Source: Minutocellus sp. GHC0000111
Taxonomy: Eukaryota
DNA length: 64,000 nucleotides
Direction: 5' to 3'
Assembly: GCA_977018835.1 (NCBI GenBank)
Contig: OZ361258.1
Coordinates: 2,232,001 to 2,296,000, forward strand
Within the stretch, counting starts at the first letter, position 1, and the number at the start of each line of letters is the position of its first letter. The notes under the pieces were generated by a model that made no database searches, had not been told where the DNA came from, and saw only the letters and a list, made by a program, of their open reading frames with translations. Positions 24,121-34,503 of the stretch are shown in pieces. The position numbers were made by a program, and so were the translations under genes.

Positions 24121-24666
24121 ATGCCCGACCGTTCCCTTTACAAAGTTGGAGTGGTCCAATCCATCGAAGAGCTTCCGAAGAAAGGAGGAAAGCCATTGAG
24201 AGGGTGCCAAGTGGATGTGGGAGGCGATGAGCCAATCTGCGTTGTTACCAGTGCCGCCAACGTTCGGCAAAATTCCCGTATCGTTGTTGCTCCAGTTGGC
24301 TCATCCGTGACGGACGATTCCGGTGAAGAGATGGAGATCAAGAAGACCTCGGTCGGCGGTGTTATGAGCGAGGGTATGTTTTGTGACAGTCAGATGCTCG
24401 GTTGGAAAGGCGGAGCAGTTGGCGTGGCGGCGACGGTCCCAGACTCGTTTGCGATTGGATCGGCACCTCCAGACGAGAAGCCCCGTCCCAAGGGAGCTGG
24501 TGGGAGCGATGGCGATGCCCCTCCTCCAGCTGATTTGCCTGGGTTGTTTGAAAAGAAGGTGAAACTGAGCAAAGAGGAGAAGAAGAAGAAGGCCGAAAAG
24601 CGCAAAGCCAGATTAAAGGCCAAGAAGGCTGCAAAGGCGGCGGCAGAGGCCGGTGGTGACAGTTGA
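24121..24666 (+). CDS. tRNA-binding OB-fold (PheT/EMAP-like) protein with basic tail
   Basis: VDVG..ICVVTSAANVR, VGGVMSEGMFCDS..LGW; Lys-rich C-terminus. Confidence 0.8.
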   Translation: MPDRSLYKVGVVQSIEELPKKGGKPLRGCQVDVGGDEPICVVTSAANVRQNSRIVVAPVGSSVTDDSGEEMEIKKTSVGGVMSEGMFCDSQMLGWKGGAVGVAATVPDSFAIGSAPPDEKPRPKGAGGSDGDAPPPADLPGLFEKKVKLSKEEKKKKAEKRKARLKAKKAAKAAAEAGGDS

Positions 24667-24748
24667 TCGGTATCGTAGAAAACTGAAGTGAGCAATAGCA
24701 TACATCATTCATTCTGTAATGATAGCTACTTCTACCATGGATATATTA

Positions 24749-26299
24749 CTACGATGCCCCACTTGCCGCTAGACCCAACGCTTGCTTGATCTGATCATAA
24801 ATGACAAGTTGAGAGGTGATGATGAAACCCACGTGTATGAACCGGGCATTGAGACCCCGAAAGAAAGCCTTGAAACCACCTCTGTCATAAATGTTAGATA
24901 CCGTTGCAAAAAATCCGCCAGCTCCATTCTCCTTGCTCTTATATGATGCTGTGAGCAATACGTCTCCAGGATGTGACATTATACAAGCAACTACAGAGGC
25001 GGAAAACGCAGCGGCAAACTCCACCCCAAACGCAAGATTTGCTGCATATGCCCCTAACGCAGAATAAATTGCGCCAGCGGCAACATCGAATGAAACCTGT
25101 TTGGCTGCCGTGTAGGGTATCTGCTTACTCAACATCGGAGGAAGTCCTTTGAATGGTGAGAGTACCCCATCTTCCTTCAACAGACGAGGTAATCCATCAA
25201 GCAGACCACTGGCGAATTCCGGGTCTGACAATAAACGTATACGCGTCTCTTCCATAGGACATAATATGAGACTAGCCACTGCCCCAGCGCATACGGCGGC
25301 TGCTAGATATGGTTCCGCGGGATCCACATTGGCTGGGAATACGCCGATAAAAAAAGGTTTCAACGATTCGTACAGTCCAAACTTGAGCGCTCCTTCTATT
25401 CCATATCCAATCACTGTCGGTCCCAGACCAACGAGGAGCTCGCCAGGACCTTCCTCCTCGACTATTTTTTGAGTCGCTTCTCGCAAAGATAGACCCTCCA
25501 GCTCGGGATCAAGCTGGATTTTGGTCTTGACGACTGAAGGAATGTACATGTAAGTATTCAAAAGATGTGCAGCAATATTAGTAAGTGTCATGTTTATTTG
25601 CAGCATTGTAGCAAGGGGGGAAATTTAAAATGTCATACATGCGAACATATCTAGCAACGAATACAACTCACCGTCGATTGGAACTGTATACCCATGCGAT
25701 ATGGCAGCAGAGGCCCCTCCGGCAATGAAGAAACGCGGATCCGATGCCTTGTTGTTACTGTTATTTTTGCCCTTGACGGGTTTCGCTCTGGTGGTCGGGA
25801 CACTCATCTTGTCATCAATGTCGTCAACAATAATTGTTGCGCGATTCGGCGGTGGATCAGATATTGCCAGTTCCCCCTCGGCTATGGATGGCGTCGTCGC
25901 AGATGTTGCCGATGCCACATCTGGCGCCGCATGTGCTGCTTCAGAGCCGGTCGTCAGTATTGGAAGGGAGATCAGTGAAGACAAAGCCGCCGCCTTGGCC
26001 ACGAATTCTCTCCTGCAATATGCGTCAGATATTCCTGTGCCTTCATATTTGATATTATCTGGATGGTTCCTGATCAACTTGGAATCCTTGGCACTAGTAT
26101 GCGCTCTTTGTGCAAGTTTGATATCAACTCGATGTTGTCTTCCTGTCAACAGGACGACGTCAGTGGCGCCAGCAGGTCCTCTTTGTCTTTGTACGGAAAA
26201 AGAACCGACTGTTCCAGGACAAAATATCAGCACAACCGCCAGAGCCCATCCAAGCCCAGCCTGCGGATATCGCCTCATTACTTGTTCCTTTGAATACAT
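24749..26299 (-). CDS. Mitochondrial-carrier-family protein (phosphate-carrier-like) with plastid-type N-terminal extension (intron 25534-25671)
   Basis: Three carrier signatures (PIDVVKT, CPMEETRIR, HPGDVLLT), GYGIEGALKFGLYE and KQIPYT; intron splices in frame. Confidence 0.85.
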
Positions 26300-26435
26300 G
26301 GGCTTTGGCGCTCTCCTTCTGGTGGTCTCGCGACCGTGAAGAATAAGGCTATCATCAGCAGCAAAAAAATCTGCAGCTCGGCGAAGTGCCGAAAATATCG
26401 CCGAGAGCTCATATCCTAACATCAACAGCGCCATC

Positions 26436-27876
26436 ATGGCCATCACCGTAACATCGAAGCCCTGTCCAATGTCGATGCGCATGCAGTGCTCATTCAAAAT
26501 GATCGGCATCGTTACGTTCCTTCTCGCCTTTTCCAATATTGTTGTGCAGACGCACGCATTCTGTCCACCGATACCAGCATCGCCAAGGGCGGCAGCAGCA
26601 CGTGGTAGATTCTCACTTGCTGTACAATTATCAGCAGATGATGATGTCAAAGATGATGATGTCGATGCGATAACATCCTCCTCCAGGGTGGGGAAAGGAG
26701 CAGCTAACAGATCTAAAGACGTGAGGGAAGGGTCACTAATGGTGGCGCCTCTCGAAGATGATGATGTCGATGCGATATCATCCCCCCCCAGGGTGGGGAA
26801 ACGAGCAGCTAGTAGATCCAAAGACGTGCGAGAAGGGTCACTAATGGCGGCAACTCTCGAAACCGGCCGAGTACCCTACGGTGAGCAGAGTCGGAGGTTT
26901 AGACGAACGGTCTTTAGTTATAGCGACTGGGTGGACCATCGCAGTTCAAGTTCTCGCATCATCACCAATCTCAGTAGTATGCTCTTCTCGGGGGTCGTTC
27001 GACAGTTGAGGCCCCAGGTACTTATTGTTACTTCGGTGGCAGCCATTGTTCTATTGTGGAACATGATTGCGGTTCCGTCGCTGCCGAGTTTGCAGCCGCT
27101 TATCAACCCAATTGCATTACCTCCAATACCATTTACGTTGTCCAGTCCAGCTCTCGGTTTGCTTCTGGTATTTCGAACAAACGCATCATATGCGCGATGG
27201 ATGGAGGCAAGGAATACGTGGGCAAGAATGATTGCTCACGGTCGAAATTTGATTCGAATGGCATCGGTCTTCAGTGATGACGAGAAAGCAGTCCAATGTC
27301 TTGGAAAAGCGGTTTGGTTGTACTGCCGAAGTGTGATGAATCAATTATCGTCACCTGATGAGGATGAGTCGGCTTATCGAGAAGAAGTCTTCTCTACATA
27401 TGGAGAGGATTCAGAACTGGCAAAGCGCATTGTATCCTCTCACGATAGAACACTGGCGGCTTGGAAACAATTATCAATGGAACTCCATGGCCTTCCAAAA
27501 GTGGTAGATGCGAAGGCTCTGATCGAAACGGACAAGAGCATCATAATTCTCGGTGAATGCACATCGATAATGGAGAAGATATATAGCTCTCCAGTACCGC
27601 TTGTTTACACGCGCCATACCGCAAGATTTCTCTCCCTGTGGGCTTTGCTATTGCCCGCAGCACTGTATTCGTCCTTCGTCGACATGGCCCAACCTTTTTT
27701 GGTTCTTCCTGCATCGGCGATATTGGCATTCTTCTTATTTGGAGTTGATGAACTCGCAATGCAGCTTGAAGAGCCATTTTTGCATACTCCCCATGAAGTC
27801 CTTTTGTGACCAAATACTCGGCTCGGTGGATGTGTTGGCCGGTGGTGGTGGCGGCAGCAGAGGTGACGAAAAATAA
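26436..27876 (+). CDS. Bestrophin-like (UPF0187/YneE type) plastid anion channel; C-terminal frameshift at 27777-27781
   Basis: LGLLLVFRTNASYARWMEAR, PVPLVYTRHTARFL, DELAMQLEEPF. The conserved continuation ILPM..FC lies in another frame. Presequence ends THA-F. Confidence 0.85.
26652..26861 (+). repeat. 105-bp (35-aa) tandem duplication in the bestrophin N-terminus
   Basis: DDDVDAITSSSRVGKGAANRSKDVREGSLMVAPLE followed by DDDVDAISSPPRVGKRAASRSKDVREGSLMAATLE; units start at 26652 and 26757. Confidence 0.9.
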
Positions 27877-28103
27877 TGAGACGAAGTGGTATTTTTAGTA
27901 GCAAAATGGTTCAATACTGTAGGATCCGCATTCTAGCATACTTGTAGAGGCGAGGCAATCGAGCACAATAAAGACTTGGTTTGGAATTGGTGGGATTTTT
28001 GGTCGTCTGTCTAAAAGCTCGCCCAGTCCTCCACGTGGAATGTGGTAGATGCCTCATAACCCATTTAGCCACACTACGTGCTCCGTCATCCATATTTGCA
28101 ACG

Positions 28104-29459
28104 ATGTCCGCCGCTGATTCCGACCTGACTCCTATTACCGTGGTCACTGGCTTCCTTGGAGTGAGTATAAGCAAGGAGATTTGCGGTGTTTATTGGACCG
28201 CTATATTGTCTTTTCCGTGCATCTTTTTCACTGTCCCATCTCATCCTTATGCCATCGTTCTTCTTCCACCGATACCGTTCTCTCCATCTCCAAAAGGCCG
28301 GTAAGACCACCCTTGTGAATTACATTCTCAAGGAACAGAATGAATGGAAGATTGCCGTATTGGAAAACGAATTCGGAGAGGTGAGTTGCTGACTTCGTTG
28401 TTTTTTTTGGTGGACGAGCGTTACTCCCAGAACAGCATTAAGCGCTTCACGACCGGCATCGGCATCGGCACGACCGGCGGTAGAGAACATCGTTTTCCGC
28501 TCATCATCTCATTTGTATGTTTTTGCCCTCAAATCTCTCGCAAACGCACTCCGATGAAAATCCAGGTCTCCATCGATGATGGTCTTGTTGCCGAATCCCT
28601 CGATGCGCCCGAGGACTTGATCACCATGGACAACGGGTGTGTGTGCTGTTCCGTCCGTGGAGATCTGATCCGCACGCTTGGTCAGCTTGCCAAGCGCCGC
28701 AAGGAGTTCGATGCCATCCTTCTGGAGACCACCGGCCTCGCCGACCCCGCACCCATTGTCTATACGGTCCAGACAAACCCCAAGATGTCTGACAATTATA
28801 GGATTGATTCCATTGTTTGTCTTGCGGACTGCAAACACATCAACCAGCACCTGGACGAGGTCAAGCCCGAGGGTGCCGTCAATGAAGCGCAGCAGCAGGT
28901 GGCCTTTGCCGATAAGATCTTGCTCAACAAGATCGATCTTGTCACCGATGATGAGAAGAAGGCTCTCAAGGAGCGGCTCGCCAAGCTCAACAAGTTTGCC
29001 ACGGTCATTGAAACCGAGCGCTCCCGAGCTCCCCTTGAGGCTATCCTCAAGAGTGACTCCTTCAATATGGAGTCCATTCTCACGTACGCACCCGACTTTT
29101 TCGAGGATCAGGAGGAGGAAAAGAAGGAGCACCACCTCGATCTTGTTCAGAGCGTCGGCATCCAATTCAAGGGGAACCTCCATGCTCAGTGGTTCAACAT
29201 GTTCATGATGGATCTGCTCAAGGACCGCGCGGCGGACCTTTACCGGACCAAGGGCTTGCTGAGCTTCCACGGGCAGGGAGATACCAAGTTCGTCTTCCAG
29301 GGTGTTCACGAGCAGATCAACTTTGGACCCGCCAAGAATCCCTGGGCTGAGGGCGAGGAACGCATCAACAAATTCGTTTTCATTGGAAAGAACCTCGACC
29401 GAAAGGAGCTTACCAAGTCCCTCATGGAATGCCTTTACAAAGAGGACGAAAAGAAATAA
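28104..29459 (+). CDS. COG0523/CobW-family G3E metallochaperone GTPase (exons 28104-28160, 28297-28380, 28566-29459)
   Basis: TGFLGAGKTT, ENEFGEV, GCVCCSVRGDL, ETTGLADP, NKID, YRTKG and FQGVH motifs; introns splice in frame. Confidence 0.92.
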
Positions 29460-30057
29460 GCGGTTTAGAGGTTTATGGTGATTGTTTGAACGCGGAATGA
29501 TAAAGGTCGATCCAAAGTAGTAATCGTAAGGATTTTTCATCCATTTCATGTACCAAGTGGTATCTGAAAGGCCGTTAGTTTTATCAGTATGTATCGTGTA
29601 AGTTTAAGCCCCTCTTCTACCAGATAATGAATGGATTCGCGCACATTGATGCATATGCATGTAGTGTGTTCGTTTCCAATCATTCGTGTGCGAGCGAATC
29701 AATCCGCTGAGGCTTTTGCCCAGCGTTGAAGCGTTGTTACAGAACGGCGCAATAACAACAACAAAAATACAGGTGCCCACCGATTGTATACTGCTACCGC
29801 CTTCGGCCCACAACTTTTGTCTTGTAACCGATGCATTTCTTTGCTTGTGAACGATGACAGTACTGTGATGAATCTGCCGTAGCTGCACGTATGCTGCAAA
29901 TGCCTTTTGCGTGCCCTATTCTTTGTAGGCGGATTTGTCGAGTCGAATCATTCGGCATTCTATTTCATCGATGCAGCTTCGGCATTTGTATTTGTCGTGC
30001 ATCGTGCAGGATTTCCTATTATGCAAGTTCGCATGCATACTGCTTCGACAAACAAAT

Positions 30058-30990
30058 CTAAAACAATAACTTCTTACCACACAAGTGGTCAATACTGGAC
30101 TGTAGCGCAATGCAGCTCAAAGTGATCTGTTCCAAATCGGAGGCACACGCCAACATTGCAGGCCTGATCTCCAAACATACCCGCCTGCTGTATCCACGAA
30201 CTGGATTTAGCAAGATACCGACCCAAATGGCGCGCTCACCAACATTGTCCGGCATTGGACCAAGCTCCTCCATAATCTGCTGCATGCTCGTTTGGCTACA
30301 AATTCCTGTCTGCGCCATCCAATACGTCCAAGTTTCGACGAGATCAGGAACGGAGTCCGAGAGCGCACAGGCCCTTGCACTATCGGCGATGCTCTCTTCT
30401 TCACCGGCAGTATCATTAGCTGAGGATGATTCATGTGAATCGCCACGGCCATTGGCATAGTCAATGTCAGCGAGATAAAATGACGAGGTGTCATCCATCC
30501 ATGGCTCACCGGCGCATTCGAACCGTCGTTCTCCGACGACATCAAGCACAACCATTGCCTTGTCGGAATCATCGCGACGGATACTGGATGCAGAGACTTT
30601 GGCTGTCACTCCAATGTTGAGAGGCCACCCTGTGTGTGGGTTGGTACCCAGCACTCCGATTTCATTCGCATTGTTCTGCAGAGCATGAGCAATTAGGGCG
30701 TGGAACCTCTTATCATTGGATCCGAACTCGATACTCTGTCCAGGTAGAATTGGTTCCGCAAGAATAATTAGCGGCATGACGGTCCTCGACGATCGAGCCG
30801 TTTGGATGCGAGCCAGATCAGAAGTAGAGAGGTCGAGGAATTCAGCGGCATCGGCAGAATCTTCCAAGTCCCTGGACGCAACACATCTTGCTGATGATGG
30901 ATGGAGATTCGCGTTAAATGGCGATAGAAAGGATTCACCAGGCACTGCTGCCGCGAGTATCAGCAAAGTAACAATCAGAAACGGGAGCAT
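30058..30990 (-). CDS. LON-peptidase substrate-binding (N-terminal) domain protein, plastid-targeted
   Basis: PLIILAEPILPGQ, VGERRF and EIRPAMLA..LE; signal peptide plus ES-F. Confidence 0.65.
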   Translation of the reverse strand: MLPFLIVTLLILAAAVPGESFLSPFNANLHPSSARCVASRDLEDSADAAEFLDLSTSDLARIQTARSSRTVMPLIILAEPILPGQSIEFGSNDKRFHALIAHALQNNANEIGVLGTNPHTGWPLNIGVTAKVSASSIRRDDSDKAMVVLDVVGERRFECAGEPWMDDTSSFYLADIDYANGRGDSHESSSANDTAGEEESIADSARACALSDSVPDLVETWTYWMAQTGICSQTSMQQIMEELGPMPDNVGERAIWVGILLNPVRGYSRRVCLEIRPAMLACASDLEQITLSCIALQSSIDHLCGKKLLF

Positions 30991-31192
30991 GTTATACTAG
31001 AGTAAGATACGTTCGGTCCAACAATAATTATGATTCTGCAGATTGGATGAGAATTTGAAGCTCGTGACATGCTCACATGAGCGCGTCTGTCTGCCTGAGA
31101 ATTTCCTTGCTCTCTTATCTCGGTCTTGCGTCGTTCGTCGATGCGCCTGCTCGCGCGCTCATGCATTTTTGGTATCTTCGACGTAGAGAACC

Positions 31193-33527
31193 ATGACGTC
31201 GAGCATCGAGCTCCCCCCTTCGCCGGGGAGAATCTCGCTGACGGTAGTACCTCGCCATTACGACATTGATTACACCACCATCGACCTCGAGCGCCATGTG
31301 TTCGCCGGCACCGTCACGATCAGCGTCGACACGCCCAAGCCTGCGCCCGCGCTGGCTGCTTCTCCGAATGCCGCCGGTGCGCATGCGAGTGCCCCACCGC
31401 CTCAGGTCATTCTCCTTCATGCCATTGAGATTGACATCCTAAGTGCAACATTTGTTTGCGATGACGTCACAGCCGAGGCATTCGAGTTTCGATACTACCT
31501 GCCGTCGCAGACCTGTGCCCTTCTCTTCTCCCCGTTGTCGATCCCATCATCCTGTTCAGGCGGCAAGCTGTTCATTACCTTTCGTGGTGTGCTCAACGAT
31601 TTGATGCACGGTCTGTATCGCTCGACGTATCAGTCTCTGGATGGACGAGAACTGACCATCGCCACGACGCAATTCGAGCCGACAGATGCGAGACGAGCAT
31701 TCCCCTGCTTTGACGAGCCGGCTCTGAAGGCCACCTTTCGTCTCCGTGTTACCATCCAGGTCGACCAATCTCGTCCATCTCTTTCATGCTGGAGCAACAC
31801 GCCCATTGCCAATGAGTATACTGCCAAGGTGGCAAAGCCGGGATGTGGGGAGGTACTGGAAAAGACGTTTGAATTCGAGACGACGCCCAAGATGTCAACG
31901 TATCTGGTTGCTCTGATTGTTGCCGAACTGGACGGCATCTCAACAACACCAAAGGAGGGTCCGACGGCAGGTGTTACGACCACCGTTTACACCGTCCCGG
32001 GGAAATCAGAGCAGGGACGATTCTGTCTCGATGTGGCAAACCGTTGCCTCGAATTATTCGCTGGAGAATTGTTTGGTATGCCATATCCACTGGCCAAATC
32101 TGACCTCGTGGCAGTCCCTGATTTTGCGGCCGGTGCAAGTGAGTGTGGTTGTCGGAGGGCAAAAGTGTTTAGCTTGCTTGGATTGCTGAAAATTGAGATT
32201 GATATCGTTTGTTTTCGCATTGGCCAACCTTTTAGCTCATGCTGATGGCGGCCGATCACTGAGTGGACTTTGGGTTAGATTTTGGACGTCCTATTCGTAT
32301 TTGTTCAGATTTTTGCTGTGCACCTTCTAACCAGCCTTTCTGTTTGTGTCTACTTCACAACCACAACCAAACTTGCTACCCCTTCCTTTCCAGTGGAAAA
32401 TTTTGGCCTAGTTACATATAGAGAGGCCAAGATATTGGTGAACGAAACAAGTTCCGAGAGCATGAAAAGAGGAATAGCGGTGAGTAATTTCATTTTGGCG
32501 TGGATTCTATTTCGTGATTGCACTGATTGGAGTTCAACTAACACATCACCTTGATCATTAAAATCTCGCTCCCCTCTTATGCACTGGCTTGGAACAGCGT
32601 ACCGTATGCCATGAACTCGCTCACATGTGGTTTGGAAACCTCGTAACACCGGAGTTTTGGACGCAGCTTTGGCTAAAAGAAGGAGCTGCTCGCTATCTTG
32701 AATTTGTTGCCATCAACCGACTCTTTCCGGAATGGCGTGCATGGGAGCTCTTTACTCAAGGTGTTTATGTTTATGGCGTCGCTTTGAATCTTGACGCCAT
32801 GGTGTCATCGCACCCTGTTGAGGTACCCGTCAAAACAGCAGACGAGATCGGCGAGATCTTCGACACTATATCCTACGCCAAGGGGGCATCTGTCATTCGC
32901 ATGCTCTCGTCCTATGTCGGCCGCGAAAACTTCTTCATGGGCATGAGACGCTATCTGGAAAGACACAAATGGGGCAATGCAGTCTCATCAGACTTTTGGC
33001 AGGCTCTAGAAGAAGAATCCGGACTCCCGATTGTCAATATAGCGTCGCCTTGGACTCTTCGCACGGGATACCCCATTTTTGAGACAGCAGACGATCCTGG
33101 AGTCCAGAGGTCCGCTCTCAGCGTCATGGGACGCGTCAAGGATAGGGACAGACACGCAGAGATGCTTGAGTATGCCCTCTATTCTGGCAAAGTAAGGTAC
33201 CAAGATATGGCTTTCGTTCTCAATGGGTTGGCGACTACGACCAGCGAGGGAGGGCGGAAATGTTGGGATAATTTTGTAAGCGATTTCGATCGGCTAGTAG
33301 CAAAGTTTCGTGAACAGCACGTCGTCTGGGGAATGCTGCTAGGAGTTACCACCCGAGGACTGAAGACATGCGAAGAAGCTAATGTGGTTGAGCAGTTCTT
33401 TGCTGATCCTGACCATCCTGCCGGTGCTGGTCAGCGACGAGTGGCTCAGGCGCTCGAGGCGGTTCGGACTAATGCAGCTCGACTTGACCGTGACCGAGAT
33501 GCAGTGGCCTCGTTCCTTGGTCTGTGA
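31193..33527 (+). pseudogene. M1-family (puromycin-sensitive-like) aminopeptidase with apparent large in-frame internal deletion (exons 31193-32138, 32394-32479, 32598-33527)
   Basis: TQFEPTDARRAFPCFDEP, GAMEN across intron 1, HELAH..WLKEG and YAKGAS. The spliced product is only ~653 aa; TGYPIF joins directly to the far C-terminal helices at ~33080. Confidence 0.75.
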
Positions 33528-33839
33528 AATGTTATGATAAGAAGAAGGTTTTGTTTGTAGATCTACTCTAATACGGGCCGTCACTGCTGAGAGAGAGAAT
33601 ACGGGACCATGGATCCATCCCCGGGACCAACCAGCCACTGCGTCATTGGATAACCTTCTCATGAGATATCTTGATGGGAAACCCTCGCTACTATTGGATT
33701 ACGGCGTACACATTATTTACCAAAATGAAAACTATTGGCGTATTGCAAGGTACACTGAGAATGGCGGGCATTTAGCAGACAGATAGAAATCAATCCTCGA
33801 GGGATATCATTCTTTACAGACGTCTGGGTCTCGGACACC

Positions 33840-34500
33840 TTAGTAAGAATCTCTGCATACCCAACGGATGCATTGTTCTATGAGATCCAAATCACCCTTG
33901 TACCTTTTGCCGCATTCATCCATGCAACACCGGCAACACGATCTCGACTGTGACGTACAGCAATCAAAGGGGCCCTCGTCACCTTTGCTGCAAGTGTCTC
34001 GGCCATAGTACTCTCGACACTCTCTTTTGCAGGATGGAATGTCATCAAGGTCACCCTTTTCTTTCATTGCGCACTCATCCTTGCAGCAACGGCAGCATGC
34101 TTGAGATTTCCTATCGCAGCAGTCCATTTTGCCGTCACGATTGTTGGTATTATAATAAGCGATATACATTTCTTTCTTGCTTGGCTTCTCGTCTGGTTCT
34201 TGTTCTGGTTCTTCCGGTCGAGGGCAGATCATCGTTGTGCACACAATGTTTCCATTTCCAACGCAAGCGCAAGTATTGCAGTCCACAGAATAGACCTCTC
34301 CCACATTGTAAATCTGGCCGTTAACCGTGCAGGATAGAATGGGTATCACTGGGCATGGTGAAAAATACAGTTGTTGGCAGGGTCGCGCGATACAAAACTT
34401 CCATCATTACATGAGCGCACATCTGCGGGGCATGCGATGTCTGGCTCAGGGACATCTGGTTTTTCTGGTAGTTCTGGTTTTAGATCTAGCTGCTCAGGCG
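33840..34500 (-). pseudogene. 5'-truncated Cys-rich extracellular-type protein (CxxD..CxDGS module, pacifastin/VWC-like module, two CC..CCRCC repeats)
   Basis: ACPADVRSCNDGSFVSRDPANNC, then DCNTCACVGNGNIVCTTMIC; 1-nt frameshift in the A-run at 34361-34365; no start or signal peptide before the transposase begins. Confidence 0.65.
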
Positions 34501-34503
34501 GGG

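Noticed and set aside
28509..29549. Long antisense ORF (346 aa) and similar antisense or overlapping ORFs across the window
   Set aside because: Shadow ORFs caused by the high GC3 codon bias of the real gene on the other strand or frame.
33540..34500. Left terminal inverted repeat matching 38090-38148
   Set aside because: No reverse-complement match was found by eye.
34327..34503. N-terminal extension of the transposase ORF
   Set aside because: It is the antisense of the Cys-rich gene fragment and begins at GTG; the first plausible ATG is 34504.
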